A DNA stretch of 64,000 nucleotides from Antedon mediterranea. Taxonomy: Eukaryota; Animalia; Echinodermata. The notes below the pieces were generated by a model, which saw only the letters and a list, made by a program, of their open reading frames with translations, did no database searches and had not been told where the DNA came from. The stretch covers positions 4,211,812 to 4,275,811 of the forward strand of contig NC_092675.1 of the NCBI RefSeq assembly GCF_964355755.1. The letters run 5' to 3'. How positions within the stretch are numbered: position 1 is the stretch's first letter; each line of letters opens with the position of its first letter. The translations under genes and the position numbers were made by a program. This document shows positions 41,201-51,839 of the stretch, piece by piece.

Positions 41201-44200
41201 CACATTAATGTACATGATATAAAACAAATAAACAATAATTTAAAAAATCCATCATAATCTTCATATTTCCTAATAATGTTGTAAAGATACTATCACTTGA
41301 TACGGTCAATCAATTACATACGTCATCAACATTGTGTTGCTGCATCGATTTATTTGCAAACGTATCATTATCACGTCTTCTTCAAGGAATTACAAATAAG
41401 CAAGACACCTGATCGCAAAAAAAATGTTTGGAAAATTATTACCACTTAGTAATTATCTGCATAATTTATATCATTTTGTATCAATAACTTAGAACATATA
41501 TCAATACCAGTTTTTCTTTTAGTCACAAAAAAACATTTTTATTGATTTGATTTGAGCAGAAATCTTCTGACTTTTAAAACAACGATTATGAGTTCATTTT
41601 ATACCGCATGCAACAACCATGTACATGGTATTATCTGAAAATTATATAGGAAGAAATTATGCACAAGTTTTTAGATGAATAGTTTAGTTTCAATTGTTTC
41701 TTAAAATACACATCGAATAGCAAAAATTACAGGATGGATAAACTATAATTTTATCATGCGTTAAGAAAAGTCTAATTTGAGGCTTAGGAGTGGAGTGGAA
41801 TAGAGATAGTCGTGAATTACAACCCGGGTCAGGATTGAAGCTCGGACCTTGGGTATGGAAGCCGAGGCACGTTAACCATCAAACAGCTATACTTTAATTT
41901 AAATAATTTGCTGTCGGCTTTTGCAAAACAAATGATACATTTTGTGCTTATTATAATTGAAATAATTAGGCAGCGTAGAGTATACGACATGGAAGTGTTG
42001 ATTAAGACGACACACAGACAGCTGATCTTGTTTACTTGTTTCCCGTACACTTTCGTCTACGGGATCGAGGCGAAGCCCCTCTTAGCAATAAAATCATATT
42101 CTATATAGGGTGAAAACTTCAGCGGGTGGTTGGACCATGCGACGTTAAGTTTTGCTTTGAACAAGTTCACCGTAGCACATGAAACTACATCCGTAGGCAG
42201 AGCATTCCATAAGAGAATAACTCTCCTGGAGAACGTGTCCCTCCTAATATTAAGACGAGAGCTTTTAAACTTGAGTTTATATGGGTGTCCACGGGTCCGA
42301 GATTCTAGATCAAATTCAAAAAATGTGTTGATCAAAATACGATCGAAAACTTTTACAATCCTAAAAACTTGGATAATATCCGCTCTCTGCCTTGATCTGC
42401 TGAAACATGATGGACTCTAGGCCCACTCCACTCGTCAATTAGCTCATAATCCAGCATAGGTCACAAACCTTGTAACGAGTACTGACTTATTAAGCAAGGG
42501 ACAGTGAACACCGTTTTGAAATTAAGTAGCAGATTCAACTTAAATATAGGGCAGGTTAATTGTGGACAAGTCGACCCGTCTATATTCAAAACAATGAAAT
42601 TACATTTCGTTTCAAAGCACTTCTCATCGGTATGTTATTGTAACGAACTTAATGTAATAAGCCTTCTTCTGTGATAAAAACAAATGTGTATTGATAAGAA
42701 TGAGAGGCTTAGTTCAGAATATCTAATTTGTTTCAATGCAAATGCCATGACATTCCTATGTATGTTGAAACTGACGGAAATGGGTCGATTAATTTCACCG
42801 GGTTAAAATGTTCACATTTAGTTCAGTGGTTATTATCCTCAACTAAAATCGATTATCTACGGTAATGATTATGACTCATACAAGTCATTTCGTACCGGTA
42901 TAATAAATGGCTAGTGACAATAATATCTCGGAACAAGCTGCTTGAGATCAGAAATTGTAGAACTGGTCGTGGTTGGTGTTATAGGTCTGAATTACCATAC
43001 CTACAAAGTGTTAAGGAAACCAAATCAAATTTAGTATGAAAATATTTGTTACGTAATAAACTTCTTTGAACATTAAAGTTTGATATTATTAAAAGTCCTT
43101 TCTGTCGCCAATCATCTTTAAAATCTTTCTTGAGCGGTATTTAATCATTTGCAGATACAGATGTTACTTGTTACATGATGTTTTGACAATTTTAATATAA
43201 TATACAGTTTAAGAGGAACTTGTTGCTACAAAGTGAAGATGTTTCACGAAAGCGTTTTATGAAACTGTTGCTATATTATTATTTGTGGATAGGAGCCAAG
43301 TTTTACGGGTTTTTTTTATCAATTGACAAAAGTAAACGCGATTGGACAGGCCTACAGCACACAATCATTAAATAAACGCGTGCTTTAATTGCTATGTTTT
43401 TTGTATATATTATCATCATTCAGGGGAAAAAATAAAACGCAAACTCATTCTACTTATTACCAATAATACTTTCTTCGTACAAACCAGACACATTACCAGT
43501 GCTTTATGGTCTACGAGTTACTTTATGTCTTTCTAACGATTCCTATTTCCATTAAGTAATTGTAAATAATCAGATATTAATTTATATTCAAATGAAATCT
43601 AATTCATCCAATCTTAATAAATAAGTTCATTAATTTAAATCAGTTTTTTTTTCTAATTAATTTCAACACCTTATCGATTATTATGAACCAATTTTACTTA
43701 GATCTATTAGTAGTTAATAGACCCACTGCAACCTTAAACCTAGTATTACAAAAATCAGCTTAAAAAACACTGATACACACATAGGGCCTACAGATACAAT
43801 TAACAAGTGTGTACGTTTTTAAAGCAATTTTTTTTTTCAAATGAAATTAAGTACTTTGACTCTGATATATATATATAATGAAGTAGCATTTCAGCTGTTA
43901 TGTTATTAATATTTTGACAGACAATATAGTATGTTAATAATTGCATCGACACGGAGTGTAGATAGTGCTATTCACGTGTGGTTTACATAGTGACATGTCA
44001 ATTTTGTTGCTTTTTCAAAGAAAGTCTGCTGACGAGACACTGTATAGAATTACTTAATGAATAAGACAATGAAATAACTACGTTGATAAAAATAAGAGAG
44101 AGAGCTCAGCTTTCATTTGAATATTGGGATAGTTATTATCATTGCTGTTTAAAATTATGATTTTGTTGATTCAATTTATTTGCAGTGCGGACACAGCTTA

Positions 44201-47200
44201 CTTGCCGTTTTTACGGGACAAGATAATAGTTCTTTACCACAACGGAACATGTAATTGGGCGTCACCTATAATCGTTAAATCTCATTGTCGACTTAACGTA
44301 ATGAACTTTCCTTTTGACGAGCAAAGCTGTAAAATGAAATTTGGACCATGGCAACACGATGGGACGGAGATTGTGATGTTGGGACAAGGTAAAGTATGCA
44401 GGTTGGAGCACTGGGCTGTTTTGTCGAAATAGGTGATGGAATATGACTTATATAACTCACGCTCTCGACACGAACTTTTAAAACTGACTAACATTAATTT
44501 AGTAACACAAGGTGTTTAAGAAGTGTGTTTAGTAGTGGCGGATTCAAGGTAGTGGTGGGGGGGGGGGGGCGGGTTGGTGGTGGGAAGGAAAGCCTACCAC
44601 TACCGCTCTATACCGCTGCATCAATAAATCTCAGTCACTTCTCGCCTTGACTATTGCAACTTTCTTTTCTTTGCCCTACCGACATCTTTGATGAATCGAC
44701 TTCAACGTCTCCAGAACACTGCTGCACGCATTCTAACTCTTACTAGAAGATCCTCACACATATCTCCTATTATATATAACCTCCTTTGGCTACCTATTGA
44801 CTCCCGTATAAAACATAAGATCCTTTTACTAACATTTAAAGCGCTACTTCTTAAACAAGCTACTTATTTTCTTGATCATCTTCCCTCCTACACCCCTCTT
44901 ACTGGTTGTTCCTAGAATAAACACTAAATCCTATGGACAAGGCTTTTTTTGTTCTCTGCTGCTTCTCTTTGTAATTCTCTCCCTCGACATATTACTAAAT
45001 CAACATCTATTGCTATTTTTTTTTTTTTAAAGAACGCATCTTATTAACATCTAACACAAGCGCCTTTGATTTTTACTTCGGTTTAGTTGATACTGGCGCT
45101 ATAGAAATACTTAAATTATTATTAATTGTAAAATGAAGACCCTGTGTAACCTATAATGTTCTATCTTGTTGAATCCACCTATGTGTTACTCATTGCCATT
45201 GTGATTCATCCTACAATTATAAACAACTTAACACACGAAAAACGTATTCGTGCTGTGACCTAATGTGCATCGGCATGTACATCGAACCCAAATTTACATA
45301 TAACGTGCTCATTAGTCCTTAATATGTACCCAGTACATTTCTCCAGGCTTACTTTTTATAATTAAAGACAAAAAAGAATGTGGCACGTAGGCAGCAAAAG
45401 TTTGACTATAAATCAAGTCATATCGATATTGTGGGTAAATTCATAATCCTTTTCCTTGATGAAATGCAAATATTTTTATATTCAATTTCAATCAATCAAT
45501 ATTGTAATGCTTGTGTATATTATTGTATGCAATGCACATAGGCATACGTGTAGAAACGTATTCATTTTCATCGTTATAAGCTAATTATCATGTCTCCAAA
45601 ATATCCTTATCGTAATCTTCTATCGTCACCATGCGTAGGAGGATCTAAAGGGGTTGTAGGCAGCCATCACCCCCTTCTCTCATACATTTCAAACATTGCA
45701 ATGCAAAATATAGGACGTTAGGTCATAGTTCAAAGGTTTTTAACAATGTAAAGTGAAATCATTACTTAAAGATGTACTACCCTAATCATAACGACATAAT
45801 AAATAAAATATTTTCACTTTGATTTTAACGCTTAGGTGATGTGATGGGGACATTAGGTCATAGTTCAGAAGTTTGTCATTGTCCCTCGGCCATCTATTTC
45901 AAAATCTTAAATGTGGTAAATTAAATCAAGAAAAACGATTACTTAAAGATGTACTATCATAATCATAACGACAAAATATTTTCACTTTGATTTTAACGTT
46001 TAGGTGATGACTCAGTTTTCAATAGACGTTAGGTCATAGTTCAGAAGTTTTTAAAATGTGTCCCTCGCAATGTGGTGAATGAAATCAAGAAATGGGATTA
46101 CTTAAAGATGTAGGCCTACAATTATCATAACGATATAATTTAAATATTTTCACTTTGCTTTTACCGCTTAGGTGATGACTCAGTATTCAATATTGATGGT
46201 GAATGGGACATTAGTTCATAGTTCAGAAGTTTGTCAATTTGTCCCTCGGCCATTTCAAAATCTGAAATGTGTTAAATTAAATCAAGAAAAATGATTACTT
46301 AAAGATGTATTACTATAATCATAACGACATAATTTAAATATTTTCACTTTGATTTTAACGCTTAGGTGATGACTCAGTATTCAATAGTGATGGTGAATGG
46401 GACATGATAGGAATGAACGCATCTTCAAATATCCAATCGTACCCAGATGCTCCTGGAATACCATACACCGATGTTGTCTACACGCTATTCTTCCGACGAA
46501 GGTCCATGTATTACGTTTTCAATTTAGTGTTGCCGTGTATTCTCATCTCATCTACTACGGTCCTGTGTTTCCTTCTTCCTGTCGACTCTGGAGAGAAGAT
46601 TAGTCTCACCATCACCGTTCTCCTATCTCTAACCGTTTTCCTGTTGCTGATTGCAGAATCAATGCCGCCCTCTAGCGAGGTACCAATTATAGGCAAGTTT
46701 TGCAATACAGTTTATATAGGCCTATATACACTTGCTTATTTCTGGAATAGGTAGATATTATTAAGAGTTTTAAAACAAAATTTCTCATGTCGTCGGTAGA
46801 TTTTTAACCGTCGGTGGTAAAGTTAGTTCCGGTTCGTCATTACTTTGCGACTTCCGGTTTTTTTGTTTGCCCTATCTGATCTTTAGCTGGCAATGTTGGC
46901 CGTTGGCGACGACATATTTTTGGTTTTTATTACGAATCACGGGGCCACGCGTGAAGTTAGCAAAATAGAAAATATATTGGAAAGATATACAGCAATGGCG
47001 ATCAAGGCAGACATATTCATAAATCATCGGAGTATATTGTGGGGAAATTGTAAAATCAGTATATTATAGGCCTAAAATCGGATAAAAATTACATTAGGCC
47101 TACATCGTGAGAACTGATGATTGATAAAGATGTTTGGTTTGAGTGACTTATATTAATGTGTTGTACACCACCAATGATAACGTTTCAAGTGATTACTTCT

Positions 47201-47745
47201 TTTTAGGAAAGTATTATGCTGCAACGATGCTTCTGGTTTCGATTTCAATGGCAATGACCATTATTGTCCTGAATCTACACTACAGAGGTCCGATGTACTC
47301 CCGAGTTCCAAAGTGGGCTAAGATATTTTTCTTAAAATACCTCGCCAAAGTTGTCTGCATTCGAATACCCAAAGTAACGTCTGCCTCAAGAGACTCTTTC
47401 CTGCGTAACAGTGATATAAGTGATGAATCAGGCTCCTTGATGGAGATGGTTCTACTAGATGGTCAACTTGAAGGATCACCAATAAATGGCTTAAGAAAAC
47501 TAAAGAAGAACATATCCAAATTGTCACCATGCTGTTCTGAGCATGTCGCGCTGCTACGAATGCTTCTTCAGGAGGTGAAGAAAGTTACAAGAAGATTTGA
47601 ACAAGAGGATACCGATGAACATATGAGGAACGAATGGAAGCAGATTGCAATGGTTATGGACAGAGTTTTTATGATCATTTACCTGTGTTGTACTTTTATG
47701 ACAATGTGGCTGATAATGAATAAGATTCCACAATCATCATCATGA
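23202..47745 (+). CDS. Cys-loop ligand-gated cation channel, nicotinic acetylcholine receptor alpha9/alpha10-like subunit without vicinal cysteines (~471 aa). Exons 23202-23247, 37790-37935, 38905-38949, 40718-40827, 44186-44388, 46366-46692, 47207-47745
   Basis: Phase-consistent join of 1416 nt. Motifs: YNNQVRPV, DERRQTLKTNLW, WRDEYLQWDPEDFG, VWMPDIVLYDNAD, Cys-loop CRLNVMNFPFDEQSC, RRRSMYYVFNLVLPC (M1), DSGEKISLTITVLLSLTVFLLLIAESMPP (M2), KYYAATMLL (M3) and EWKQIAMVMDRVF (M4). Exon 1 (MWLFRTFCLIVIGNK, donor AAG/GTAAGA, phase 1) is less certain, about 0.6. Confidence 0.92.
24988..25195. mobile_element. MITE family B, copy 2 (left end duplicated)
   Basis: AAGCTTGGTTCTCACTAGGACGCAACGCAA...TTGCGTTGCGTCCTAGTGGGAACCAAGCTT. 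Confidence 0.8.
25581..25751 (+). repeat. 57-bp tandem repeat, 3 copies
   Basis: Unit CAGCCTCAACCACGGTGGGTCTGAGTTGGATCAGGTAGGCATATATCTGTTCAATCC. Confidence 0.9.
25918..26297 (+). repeat. ~380-bp polypyrimidine low-complexity tract
   Basis: Almost exclusively C/T on the + strand. Confidence 0.9.
29215..29657 (+). mobile_element. 5'-truncated LINE (Rex1/Babar-like) 3' end
   Basis: ORF2 C-terminus RAGKMIG...IESDASHPLH...PSGRLRLLSVKTNRYAKSFIPSGI, then AATAAA and an (ATCTT)n tail. Confidence 0.75.
30388..30437 (+). repeat. (TCTCCT)n microsatellite
   Basis: About 8 perfect hexamer copies. Confidence 0.95.
31290..31470 (+). mobile_element. tRNA-derived SINE (family 1)
   Basis: GTGGCTTGGTGGTTA A-box, GGATTCAAGACCC B-box, body shared with 8055-8225. 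Confidence 0.55.
31582..31708 (+). mobile_element. Short Helentron/DINE-1-like non-autonomous element
   Basis: AAAACAAG start, (GACC/AACC)n microsatellite and terminal hairpin GTCGCGT-TGC-ACGCGAC. Confidence 0.5.
32131..32280. mobile_element. MITE family A, copy 4
   Basis: Right TIR AGTTTGATAGTGTAGACAGAGCTT and shared interior. Confidence 0.7.
33201..33608. mobile_element. Fully palindromic MITE (PIF/Harbinger-like termini)
   Basis: GGCCCATTTACACTAGG...CCTAGTGTAAATGGGCC. Imperfect inverted symmetry extends about 190 bp per arm. TAA/TTA flanks. Confidence 0.75.
33612..33770. mobile_element. MITE family A, copy 5
   Basis: AAGCTCTATCACACTATC...AGTTTGGTAGTGTAGACAATGCTT, directly abutting the previous MITE. 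Confidence 0.7.
37200..37743 (+). mobile_element. Decayed 5'-truncated LINE (Rex1/Babar-like) 3' end
   Basis: RIFRIVRKSSR...VKRIMSNHSHSLFAE, then AATAAA and a (TTTGAA)n tail ending about 47 nt before nAChR exon 2. Confidence 0.6.
38528..38890 (+). mobile_element. 5S rRNA-derived SINE (SINE3/DeuSINE-like), or 5S pseudogene with a 3' body
   Basis: 38528-38640 TACGGCCTTACCACGTTGAAACACCGGTTCTCGTCAGATCACCCAAGTTAAGCAAC...GGAATACCGGGTGCT is 5S rRNA with substitutions and indels and no oligo-T terminator. Downstream GTCATCATTCAGATGA...GCGGTCATAAAAAATACCAGCAC resembles the Deu-domain. Confidence 0.7.
39840..40267. mobile_element. Non-autonomous P-element-superfamily MITE
   Basis: 28-bp TIR CAAAGAAC(G/T)TATAACACAAGAATCTCCT and a perfect 7-bp TSD ATATTAC (39833-39839 and 40268-40274). 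Confidence 0.8.
41715..41895 (-). mobile_element. tRNA-derived SINE (family 2)
   Basis: Shares AATTACAGGATGGATAAACTA...TTTGAGGCTTAGGA...GTCGTGA.TTACAACCC...GCACGTTAACCA with 54180-54360. tRNA-like head on the minus strand. Confidence 0.55.
42020..42475 (-). mobile_element. CR1-type LINE 3' fragment
   Basis: RQRADIIQVFRIV...SRTRGHPYKL..SRLNIRRDTFSRRVILLWNALP..VV...VNLFKAKL, the typical CR1 ORF2 C-terminus. Confidence 0.85.
44625..45125 (+). mobile_element. L2-type LINE 3' fragment
   Basis: SRLDYCN..LQRLQNTAARILT..RRSSHISP...LLWLPI..RIKHKILLLTFKAL, with tail GGCGCTATAGAAAT..TTATTATTA. Confidence 0.85.
45713..46405 (+). repeat. ~170-195 bp tandem repeat (4 copies) spanning the intron 5/exon 6 junction of the nAChR gene
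   Basis: TATTTTCACTTTG(A/C)TTTTA(A/C)CG(C/T)TTAG|GTGATG ends at 45835, 46003, 46171 and at the true acceptor 46365. Confidence 0.9.
46693..47206 (+). other. GC-AG intron in the nAChR-like gene
   Basis: ATAG/GCAAGT donor and TTCTTTTTAG/GA acceptor restore the conserved VPIIG-KYY. Nearby GT donors (46680, 46751) are out of phase. Confidence 0.85.
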
Positions 47746-49844
47746 GAACGTTTTTTTTTATATAAATATATAAAGAAATAATAATTAATTGATTGCTGGT
47801 AATTGGTTAATATTATTAACATTTTAGCTTTGTTATACTGATATATTGTATAGATATAAACTTAAATTTTACATACATGATAATTAATTAACAATTACTG
47901 TATTTTAATCAGGTAAAGTTAATAGGTTATACCGTAAATTATCGAATTAAGCGCGTAAAGAAAATGTATCGGCCGTATCGTACTTTCAATAAATACCATA
48001 AATTAAGCTGGTTTGAAACATAACTTGCCCAAAATTTCAGATCAGACTTTGACCAAGTCTTCATAAATAAGCACTGTGGTATAATGCGTAACCCATCGTA
48101 ATCTTAAACGTTCGCGATTTACGATATACTATAAATTAAGTTCACATACAAGTTTGAGACACGCAACGCCAACGTGTTTGCCTAAGTAGGCCTACAATAC
48201 TACAAGCATACAGGATGACCTAGGTAGGCCTACGAAAAGCAGGTACAACTTTATATACAGATACCACTGCGTGGTAAAGTAACTATGAAGCAAGTGGCCA
48301 ACAGAAATGAGTGCTTTGCTTACGTCATACAACTAAAATCGGTGTTCTGATAGCATTCGCAACTACCCACTTTCTGGATTGTTGTATTCAAGGATAGGAC
48401 GGATATTTGCATTATCACAAACAAGCTTCTTAATATTTAAGGAATTCAATGACATTTTATTGCCCATGGTACACTTCTATCATATAAAGTACATCAGTAG
48501 TCAGTTCAGGTATAGGTTATCTATGATTACCACATCTTACCTTACATAATTAATTCTCTCATTATCGGTAAGGCTGATTAAAGAATACTCGAATTTCATT
48601 CATACTTTTCATTCCTAAAACTGTGAAAAGAAACAAAAACAAATTACGTACTTTAGCACATAAACTAACCGAGCTATGATTTCTAAACGCAAACAGTATG
48701 TGGTAAAAGGAAATTTCTCCTAATTTCAGAAAAAGTATGGTGTCGTTTTTTGAAAAACGACACCATGGGTCTGCACGCGCGTATTTCAAATGGATCATAC
48801 GGATTGAAAACTCTGAGACAGCGAAACTTTTGTTATTGTTTGTTTGCAAATTATAGTAAAGAGTAAGTACCAACAATATGTACAATGTTAATTTATTTTA
48901 TATAGTGGCCCTATGTATAGTACAAAGTATTTGTCATATTTAATGTAGATATTGTTTTATTTCAACAAAGGTATTCCCATAAATGTAACGGGTAACATTT
49001 TGACTAAATCAAATCATTACAAATCAGCACATTGTGATACATAACTTGTTTGGGAAAGGACCGGCGCATGTGTCATGGTCATCGTCTGGACCTTCACCAA
49101 GACGGTGTTGGAGAAATCATGGAGCCAATTGGTCACTTTTATGGGAGAACGAGTGAGGAAGCAAGTCCCTCATCCCAACTATATATGAATTTACATGACG
49201 TAGATAGTTCATAAAGTCGTCTAAAATAGCTCCCTAAATTAACTTTCAAACAATCCAAACAACTTTGCCACAAACCCGTAACATGAATGTATACTGGATA
49301 CTGACTTTGTTCATGTTTTAATGGTTTTCACTACATTTAATTCTGAAGATCGATGATGTTATGTACAATCAAAACCGGTTATATAAAAGTGTATATAGCA
49401 AATCAATAGTATAAATAACAATTAATTTAATTGAGAAAAACTATATGTATGAGAAGTTTGCGTTATTTAAATTATCTTTATAGTAAAGACAAATTCTTTA
49501 ATCAAAAAAATGGCTTACTAGTATGGTTTAATTTAAAATTCAACATTCTTCGTCTGCTGCTGTAACCATGGTCAGATTTTCTTTCAGTCATGCTTCATAC
49601 AGTCTTGATTGTCATTGCAGGTCTATAAAATCAATGTGAATTATTCTATAGCCTTTGGGCCATAATTTTCATTCATTTCTGTTTTATAATACGGGTATAT
49701 TTTATTTTTTATTATAGACTAAATTATTCTTTTCCTTGACTTGTATTCAATTTCATTTTTTTTTTATTTCGGAAATTTCATCCATATCAAGAAACATACA
49801 AACGGAAAAAGAAAATTCTCTAAGCTTAAATATAAAGGATACTT

Positions 49845-51310
49845 TTGGTGTCCTAAGACCACGAAAGCTAAGACCCCCTAAGACCACGAAAGCTAAGACC
49901 TCCTAAGACCTAAGACCACGAAAGCTAAGACCTCCTAAGACCTAAGACCACGAAAGCTAAGACCTCCTAAGACCTAAGACCACGAAAGCTAAGACCTCCT
50001 AAGACCTAAGACCACGAAAGCTAGACCTCCTAAGACCTAAGACCACGAAAGCTAAGACCTCCTAAGACCTAAGACCACGAAAGCTAAGACCTCCTAAGAC
50101 CTAAGACCACGAAAGCTAAGACCTCCTAGGACCTAAGACCACGAAAGCTAAGACCTCCTAAGACCTAAGACCACGAAAGCTAAGACCTCCTAAGACATAA
50201 GACCACGAAAGCTAAGACCTCCTAAGACCTAAGACCACGAAAGCTAAGACCTCCTAAGACCTAAGACCATGAAAGCTAAGACCTCCTAAGACCAAAGACC
50301 ACGAAAGCTAAGACCCCCTAAGACCTAAGATTACAATTATTTATCTTTCGCACCTGCCTTGTATTTTAACTCCAACATTTATTCTGAATACCACACCTTA
50401 GAATTAGCACTTTTATGAAAAAGAATCACATAAAAGTAAAAAATACATTTTTAAACTGATGATTTTACAGACGTTTTTCTCGCACACATACTGTTTGCAT
50501 GACTAGGTAGGCCATGTTTAATATTTTTGTTTCTATGGAACGTCAAAAGAGCAAAAGTTATATAGAGGACTGAAAACTCTGTGGAGTTCATCTACAGTGT
50601 GGATAGAACAATGTAAAATTAAAATTGTAATGATAATAGTATAATCATGCTAGTACGAAGAAATAAATACTCGAATATAAATTTTAATTTAAAAATCATG
50701 ATAATAAGTTTTTTTGTTTCGTTTTCTTTCTGTTGTTATACTTGTACTATTATTGTTGCTCTTTTGGCGCTCCATAGAAACAAAACATTGAGCATGGGGA
50801 GGAGTTACAGTATACAAAGAAATACATCTGTATAATCATTAATTTAAAGGATTTATTTATTTTATTTTTTTGATGTGTTTCTCCTTCTGAAAGTATTCAT
50901 AAGTCCTAATTTTAAAGTGTGGTGGTATTCAGGATAAAGTTACTTAACAAATTTGGAGTCAAAATACAAGAAAGGTAGGTGCGAAAGAAAAACATCCTCT
51001 GGACCAACACAATGGAGTAAATGTATATCAACAAACAACCCGTCAAGTTTGTTTGTTGTAAAGAAAAAATATACATTTACTCAACGGGCGAAAATAATGT
51101 GAGTTTATCTATGTTTTGCGGTAGTATTTAATTATATTTATAGAATAAATGAAACTTACTATGTTTAAAATTATGTATGGATAAACAAGTATTGTTTTTA
51201 AGCTGCAGTATATCTTAGCATTTTTAATCTTAGGTCTTGGGTCTTAGCTTTCATGATCTTAGGTCTTAGGGGGTCTTAACTTTCGTGGTCTTAGGTTTCG
51301 TGACACCCTC
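49845..51310. mobile_element. Foldback-type non-autonomous DNA transposon with repeat-filled TIRs
   Basis: Left GGTGTC-CTAAGACCACGAAAGCTAAGACCCCCTAAGACC; right GGTCTTAGGGGGTCTTAACTTTCGTGGTCTTAGGTTTCGTGACACCC. A second inverted pair lies at about 50343-50418 and 50895-50990. Confidence 0.7.
49853..50330 (+). repeat. 32-bp minisatellite, about 15 copies (left arm of the foldback element)
   Basis: Unit CTAAGACCACGAAAG-CTAAGACCTC-CTAAGAC. Confidence 0.95.
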
Positions 51311-51360
51311 AAAATACTTCTCGTTGTAATAGCATACTATTATATCTGATGTAATGTAAT

Positions 51361-51428
51361 GATTGAAATGGCTAGGATTGAAATGGCTAGGATTGAAATG
51401 GCTAGGATTGAAATGGCTAGGATTGAAA
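51361..51428 (+). repeat. 15-bp tandem repeat, 4.5 copies
   Basis: Unit GATTGAAATGGCTAG. Confidence 0.95.
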
Positions 51429-51839
51429 AGTCTAGCCCAGGTGGGTGAGTCACCACAATGTAGTATTTTTGGTGTCAAAGTTCGGCAAAACATCTGACTG
51501 TGAAACTTGATTTCTTGACGTAGATATGTATCAGAATATCATGTTATTTGAATATCAGTTTACATAATGAATGACGCGTTTAAACATTGACTTAAAAAAA
51601 AACTTTTACGCGCGCGTCGAAATAATGTGACGCGTGTCTATATTTTGACGTTGACCAACGAGTACCTATTGTGTGGAATGGAGATTTTATATACATCGCC
51701 GCCTAATGTAATATAAAACACTAACACAATAAACAAAACAATTGAACATAGTTTCTAATGCATTTTATTGAGTAGGCTTATTTTGGATATTTAGTATAAT
51801 AACGTTTTAGGTTAAGCAAAACATAACATTGATACTAGT

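Noticed and set aside
49853-50330. 32-bp repeat array as CRISPR or telomere-like repeat
   Set aside because: Units are head-to-tail without spacers, and an inverted counterpart at about 51230-51307 marks it as a transposon arm.
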